Assembly (NCBI GenBank): GCA_051866635.1
Contig: JBJDXJ010000063.1
Location: 16,820-80,819 of the forward strand
DNA from: Clostridia bacterium
GTDB lineage: Bacteria; Bacillota; Clostridia; UMGS1883
Length of the DNA: 64,000 nt
Direction of reading: 5' to 3'
This document shows, piece by piece, positions 59,003 to 64,000 of this stretch. A model generated the notes under the pieces. The model was given only the letters and a program-made list of their open reading frames with translations, had not been told where the DNA came from and did no database searches. The translations under genes and the position numbers were made by a program. How positions within the stretch are numbered: the first letter of the stretch is position 1; the number at the start of each line of letters is the position of its first letter.

Positions 59003-59446
59003 TTAGTTCTCGGGTTTAACATATAAAAACATCAGCGAGCCAATGGATATCTTGTCCCCGTCAATAAGTTCAACCACTTCATCGCTCACAGCTTCACCGT
59101 TTAACAGTGTACCGTTTGCACTGTCTAAATCTTCGATAAAGAAGGTTCCTTCAGCCTGATAAATACGGCAATGCTTACTGCTCAGTGCCGTATCATCGAT
59201 ACAAATATTACAGCTTTTGCTTCTGCCTATAGTATTGTCCTTTTCAAGCTCATAAGTTTCTTCCACCGCAAAATTCAGCTTCTTTCTCAAATTCATCAGC
59301 TTAAGATAACCTGTATCGGGCAATATGTTTTTCTTCTTACCCATAGTACGGATGTCAAGGTATATCATTCTTATTATAGCGTATATAAACAGATACACTA
59401 TAATAACAAAAAGATAAGTAAGTAATTTCGGTAATATCTGACTCAT
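59003..59446 (-). CDS. Membrane-anchored FHA domain protein
   Basis: N-terminal TM; 'IGRS', 'SSKH', 'SANGT'. Confidence 0.9.
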   Translation of the reverse strand: MSQILPKLLTYLFVIIVYLFIYAIIRMIYLDIRTMGKKKNILPDTGYLKLMNLRKKLNFAVEETYELEKDNTIGRSKSCNICIDDTALSSKHCRIYQAEGTFFIEDLDSANGTLLNGEAVSDEVVELIDGDKISIGSLMFLYVKPEN

Positions 59447-59524
59447 AACAGCACCTTCACTCTTTTAAAATATACATACAAAACCACAATTTTATTATAT
59501 CACTCCTCCCATTATTATGCAATA

Positions 59525-59565
59525 AAAAAATAGGGGCTGTTCTTTCAAAACAACCTCTATTTTTT
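59525..59565 (-). terminator. Terminator of ABC exporter operon
   Basis: aaaaataggggctgtt / aacaacctctattttt. Confidence 0.65.
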
Positions 59566-59569
59566 CTAA

Positions 59570-61306
59570 TTATTCTTTATTCATTCCCGCATTATAAAGT
59601 TCTTTATAAAAACCGTTTTTCGCCATAAGCTCACTGTGACTTCCTTGTTCCACAATCTGTCCGTCACGCATAACAAGTATTACATCAGCTTCACGGATAG
59701 TGGAAAGGCGGTGTGCAACAATAAAACTTGTACGTCCTTCCATAAGGGACTGAAAGGCTTTTTGTATACGCATTTCAGTTCGTGTATCAATACTGCTTGT
59801 GGCTTCGTCCAGAATAAGCATAGGCGGATCCACCAGCATAATACGTGCAATACACAAAAGTTGTTTCTGACCTTGAGAAAGACTAACTCCGCTGTCGCCT
59901 ATTATTGTTTCATATCCATTGGGAAGGCGTTTGATAAAGCTGTGGGCATGTGCCTTTTTTGCCGCTTCCACTATTTCTTCATCTGTGGCGTCAGGTTTTA
60001 CAAAGGAAATATTTTCTTTCACAGTGCCGTTTTTTATCCAGCTTTCCTGCAATACCATACCGTAGCCTTCTCTTAAAACGCTTCTTGGCATGTCATTAAT
60101 ATTTATACCCTCAAGCTTAATTTCACCATTGTCTATGTCGTAAAAACGCATAAGAAGGTTTATAAGTGTTGTCTTACCTGAACCTGTAGGTCCTACAATT
60201 GCAACCCTTTGACCTTTTTTAACATTAAGGCTTAAGTTTTCGATAAGTTTTCTTTCCTTGTCATATGAAAAACTTACATTTTTCATTTCCACGTTGCCAC
60301 GGTTTGTCAAATCAAGTGTTTTTGTACCTGTTTCATCTTCTTTCGGGGCTTCAATTATTTCAAGAACACGCCCTGCACATACAATTGCGTTCTGAAGTTC
60401 CGTTACAACGCCTGAAATTTCATTGAAGGGTTTTGTGTATTGGTTGGCATAGCTTAAAAAGCTGCTTAAAGCACCAACAGAAATACCGCCCGACATAGCA
60501 GAAATTGCACCCGTAAGACCTACCAAGGTGTAAACTAAGCTGTTTACAAACCTTGTTGCCGGGTTTGTGATAGATGAGTAAAATACCGCCTTAAGTGTTG
60601 CTTTATTTAACCTGTCGTTTATTTCGTCAAACTTTTTTGTAACTTCATCTTCCTTTCCGAATGCGGAAACAATGCTTTTACCTGCAATCATTTCATCAAT
60701 ATAGCTTGTTGTTTCTGCCTGTGTTTCGCTTCTTGTTTTAAACATTGTATATGTCTTTTTGGCGATAAAGAATGCCACAACAAAGCTAAGAGGTGTAACA
60801 AGTATTACAACCAATGTTATCTTCCAGTTTATATAAAGCATAAACAAAAGTGTACCTAAAATTGTCATAACAGATGAAAATGACTGACTAAGTCCTAAAA
60901 GCAAGCCCTCCGAAAACTGGTCAACGTCACTTATAACACGGTTCACAATATCGCCTGTCTGTCTTGTGTCCGCATAAGAAATGGGCATAGACTGTATTTT
61001 TTCAAAGGCTTCGTCACGCATACGCCTTACAACTGTGTATGCAACACGGTTATTTATAACATTCATAATCCACTGTGCGATTGCGGTAACCATTGTTGCA
61101 GTTACAATCACAAGAATGATATTTATAACATTTTCCATATAAACATTGTTTTTACCCACAATGTTGTCCACTGCCTGACCTATGGCGATTGGTATAAGAA
61201 GGGTAAGTGCGACGGTTACAAATGCAAAAATAAGTGATAGAGCAATATAACGCCTGCTTCCCTTAAGATATTTAAGGAGTTTTCCGATAACATTTTTGTT
61301 ACTCAT
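59570..61306 (-). CDS. ABC exporter, fused permease/ATPase subunit
   Basis: 'GPTGSGKTT', 'LSQGQKQ', 'LILDEATSS'. Confidence 0.93.
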   Translation of the reverse strand: MSNKNVIGKLLKYLKGSRRYIALSLIFAFVTVALTLLIPIAIGQAVDNIVGKNNVYMENVINIILVIVTATMVTAIAQWIMNVINNRVAYTVVRRMRDEAFEKIQSMPISYADTRQTGDIVNRVISDVDQFSEGLLLGLSQSFSSVMTILGTLLFMLYINWKITLVVILVTPLSFVVAFFIAKKTYTMFKTRSETQAETTSYIDEMIAGKSIVSAFGKEDEVTKKFDEINDRLNKATLKAVFYSSITNPATRFVNSLVYTLVGLTGAISAMSGGISVGALSSFLSYANQYTKPFNEISGVVTELQNAIVCAGRVLEIIEAPKEDETGTKTLDLTNRGNVEMKNVSFSYDKERKLIENLSLNVKKGQRVAIVGPTGSGKTTLINLLMRFYDIDNGEIKLEGININDMPRSVLREGYGMVLQESWIKNGTVKENISFVKPDATDEEIVEAAKKAHAHSFIKRLPNGYETIIGDSGVSLSQGQKQLLCIARIMLVDPPMLILDEATSSIDTRTEMRIQKAFQSLMEGRTSFIVAHRLSTIREADVILVMRDGQIVEQGSHSELMAKNGFYKELYNAGMNKE

Positions 61307-63011
61307 TATCATTACCCCTTTCGTACTGTGAATAGTAAATCTCTTCGTAAACATCCGACTTACTTAAAAGCTCCTTGTGGTTACCCATGGCAACACTTCG
61401 GCCTTCGTCCATTACGATTATCACATCGCAATTCATAACCGAGGAGGCACGCTGTGAAACTATAAACACAGTGATATTCTCAATTTGTGCTATACTCTGC
61501 CTTAAATTAAAGTCAGTCTTATAGTCAAGTGCCGAGGCACTGTCGTCTAAGATAAGTATTTCAGAATTTTTCACCAAGGCTCTTGCAATTGTAAGTCTTT
61601 GTTTTTGTCCACCTGAGAGGTTGCCACCGTTTTTGGAAATAAAGGCATCAAGTCCGCCCTTATTATTTACAACATCCTCGCACTGGGCTATTTTAACAGC
61701 CTTCATAATTTCTTCATCTGTAGCATCGCTTTTGCCGAAGGTTATATTGCTTCTGATTGTACCTTTAAACAGCTGTGCCCTCTGGGGTACTACAGAAACT
61801 TTTTTTGTAAGTTCATCTTTACTGTAGCTTTTTACGTTTTTGCCGTCAACAAAAACTTCACCTTCCGTTGCATCGTAAAACCTTGGAATCATATTCACAA
61901 GACTGCTCTTTCCGCTTCCCGTTACACCGATGATACCAACGCTTTGCCCTTTTTCAATTACAAAGTTTATATTGTCAAGGGCATTTTCACCGCCGCTATT
62001 ATATTTAAGGCATACGTTTCTGAATTCAACCATGCCTTTGCCTGTTCCTTCCTCTGTGCCCTCTCTTTCCACATTTATGTCAAGGACATCCGAAATTCTG
62101 TTTCCGCAGGCAATTGCCTTTGTTATTGTAATGATAAGGTTTGCAAGTTTAACAAGCTCCACAAGTATCTGTGACATATAATTTACCAGTGCCACAATTT
62201 CACCCTGGGTTAAATGACCTCTGTTTACTTCAATTGCCCCTGTGTACAAAATGTACACAATTGATAAGTTTACCACGATATAGGTAAGGGGGTTCATAAG
62301 TGCAGATATTCTGCCTGCCTTAAGCTGAATTTGCATAAGGCTACTGTTTGTATCCTTAAACCTTTTTATTTCCTCTTTTTCCTTTACAAAAGCACGTATA
62401 ACCCTTATACCGGTTATATTTTCCCTTGCAATTGACAAAACGGAATCGAGTTTATTCTGAACCTTTTTATATATGGGTGCACCGCCTAAAATAATTGCAA
62501 ATACAATTATCGCCAAGAGGGGTATTGTCACCAAAAATATCATTGCGGACTTTACATCCACAAAAAATGCCATTATAGCCGCACCAAATACAATAAAGGG
62601 AGAACGCAAAAACAATCTTAAAACAAGGTTTACACCGTTTTGCAATTGGTTAATGTCAGAGGTTAATCTTGTTATTAAGGTTGCTTCACCTATATTGTCA
62701 CTGTCTTTAAATGTAAGCTTCTGAATGTGGGCAAAAAGATTGCTCCTTAATTTTCCCGAAAAGCCAACTGCCGCCACAGCACAAAAATACTGTGCGGTAA
62801 TGGAGCATACAAGACCTATAACACCTAAAGCAATCATCAGACCAATCATTTTGACAATCCACATCAAATCATGGCCGTTTACGCCCCTGTCTATAACAGA
62901 TGCCATAACAAGAGGTACAAACAGTTCAAAAATCGCTTCAAGCATTTTGAACAAAGGACCTAACACACATTCCTTCTTATAATCTTTTAAATACCGTAAT
63001 AGCTTTTTCAT
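61299..63011 (-). CDS. ABC exporter, fused permease/ATPase subunit (degenerate-site partner)
   Basis: 'GVTGSGKSS', 'LSGGQKQR', 'ILDDSASALD'. Confidence 0.93.
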   Translation of the reverse strand: MKKLLRYLKDYKKECVLGPLFKMLEAIFELFVPLVMASVIDRGVNGHDLMWIVKMIGLMIALGVIGLVCSITAQYFCAVAAVGFSGKLRSNLFAHIQKLTFKDSDNIGEATLITRLTSDINQLQNGVNLVLRLFLRSPFIVFGAAIMAFFVDVKSAMIFLVTIPLLAIIVFAIILGGAPIYKKVQNKLDSVLSIARENITGIRVIRAFVKEKEEIKRFKDTNSSLMQIQLKAGRISALMNPLTYIVVNLSIVYILYTGAIEVNRGHLTQGEIVALVNYMSQILVELVKLANLIITITKAIACGNRISDVLDINVEREGTEEGTGKGMVEFRNVCLKYNSGGENALDNINFVIEKGQSVGIIGVTGSGKSSLVNMIPRFYDATEGEVFVDGKNVKSYSKDELTKKVSVVPQRAQLFKGTIRSNITFGKSDATDEEIMKAVKIAQCEDVVNNKGGLDAFISKNGGNLSGGQKQRLTIARALVKNSEILILDDSASALDYKTDFNLRQSIAQIENITVFIVSQRASSVMNCDVIIVMDEGRSVAMGNHKELLSKSDVYEEIYYSQYERGNDNE

Positions 63012-63049
63012 TGGCTTCTTCCTTTCAGAATATTATAACAACCAGGATA

Positions 63050-63114
63050 ATTATATAATCAGACAAAGGTATAGTCAAGAAAGTATTGACATTTTTTTCT
63101 GACAGTGGTACAAT
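63050..63114. promoter_or_regulatory. Divergent SigA promoters (ABC operon and folT leader)
   Basis: Plus: TTGACA(63086)-17-TACAAT; minus: TTGACT-17-TATAAT. Confidence 0.75.
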
Positions 63115-63121
63115 CTTTCTT

Positions 63122-63221
63122 GGCAAAGTAGAAATCATAGCGTTAAGTGGGATAGGAACGGGAAGTTGTCTTATCCACGAAAAGCGTAAGCTTGCGATTA
63201 TGGTTTCGCATTCCGTTGCTA
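63122..63221 (+). ncRNA. THF riboswitch
   Basis: AGTAG...GCGTTAAGTG...GGGAAGTTG...ACGAAAAG...GCG...CGCATTCCG consensus segments upstream of a folate ECF S-component. Confidence 0.88.
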
Positions 63222-63279
63222 CAAAAATCATTATGTGCATCTTTTTTGTAGCATCATACTACGAAAGAGGTGTTTTTTA

Positions 63280-63804
63280 ATGTCGAAAAAATTCACAACA
63301 AAAGAAATTTGCACAGTTGCAGCCTTTGTGGCACTGACGGTAGTTTTGTCAATGGTTTCAAACATACGCATTGGCAACTACATCGAAATCTCCTTTAAGT
63401 TTATTCCCGTATTTATTATGGGTGCACTTTTTGGTCCGCTGTTTTCAGGTATCACTTCACTTTTAGGTGATATTGTTACGGTAATGCTCTTTACAGGTGG
63501 CGGTGCACCGCTCATTTCACTTTTTGTAACTGAGTTCCTTTCAGGCTTTATATATGGTATGCTCTTTTACAAAAAGCATGAATTTTCTGCATCATATGTT
63601 GTAAGAACGGTTATCTGTGTTCTGTTACAGTTTGTCTTAAGCTTTATTGTAAATTCTTATATTCTTTACTATGTAGGTTATTTTTCATCATATCAGGCTG
63701 CACTTACTATCCGTTTCTGGGCAAGTTTTTCAAAGATATTTATGCAGGCAGCTGTTATTATTTTTGCTCCCTATTATCTTAAGGTATTTGAAAAATTAAA
63801 ATAA
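63280..63804 (+). CDS. folT: Folate ECF transporter S component
   Basis: 'ISFKFIP...GALFGP...GD...SGFIYGMLFY'; THF riboswitch upstream. Confidence 0.85.
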   Translation: MSKKFTTKEICTVAAFVALTVVLSMVSNIRIGNYIEISFKFIPVFIMGALFGPLFSGITSLLGDIVTVMLFTGGGAPLISLFVTEFLSGFIYGMLFYKKHEFSASYVVRTVICVLLQFVLSFIVNSYILYYVGYFSSYQAALTIRFWASFSKIFMQAAVIIFAPYYLKVFEKLK

Positions 63805-63813
63805 GAAGTTTTT

Positions 63814-63859
63814 AAACGCCCACTGAAAAAGATAAAACTCTCTTTCAGAGGGCGTTTTT
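63814..63859. terminator. Bidirectional terminator
   Basis: aaacgccc.ctgaaa / tttcag.gggcgttt between convergent genes. Confidence 0.75.
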
Positions 63860-63864
63860 GATTA

Positions 63865-64000
63865 TTATTTCAGTTTTCTTATTGCATTTTTAAAATCTGC
63901 CGTTGTGGCGGATTTTTTTATTTCCTTTAAAATTTTAATTTCCTCGGGGAAATTCCACATAATATACATCCATATTTCTTTTAACTTATTAAGAGTGAAC
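63865..64000 (-). CDS. 3' end of a probable tRNA-dihydrouridine synthase family gene (truncated by window edge)
   Basis: Open frame FTLNKLKEIWMYIMWNFPEEIKILKEIKKSATTADFKNAIRKLK*, resembling clostridial Dus C-termini. Confidence 0.5.
   Translation of the reverse strand, partial: FTLNKLKEIWMYIMWNFPEEIKILKEIKKSATTADFKNAIRKLK

Overview
Low-GC Bacillota (Clostridia-like, S-layer-bearing) chromosomal window, mostly minus-strand. Housekeeping blocks: sigV/rsiV-like pair, uppP, pepD, tlyA-dxs, coaD, CIRCE-controlled groES-groEL, rlmB, thrR-like/hom/lysC, FHA-rodA-pbpA, an ABC exporter pair, mntP behind a yybP-ykoY riboswitch and folT behind a THF riboswitch. Two AT-richer accessory blocks (judged by eye) stand out. 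The first (20.3-28.7 kb) holds three secreted SLH-anchored proteins, one with a vWA domain and a CLCA-like HExxH metalloprotease, next to a 291-bp non-coding segment flanked by 15-bp inverted repeats. The second (31.9-40 kb) is a co-oriented cluster of zinc-ribbon, SPFH, CFI-box-CTERM, lipoprotein and membrane-anchored TIR genes beside a Ser/Thr kinase, and is my best candidate for an uncharacterised system. Also present: three dispersed copies of a ~165-bp highly structured element, a tRNA-Leu with a rare AAG anticodon, a lipoprotein-SecD-domain fusion broken by two in-frame stops, and two likely pseudo-enzymes (P-type ATPase, GH2). No CRISPR array, reverse transcriptase, integrase or transposase was recognised. 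All domain calls are motif recognition by eye, not database searches.
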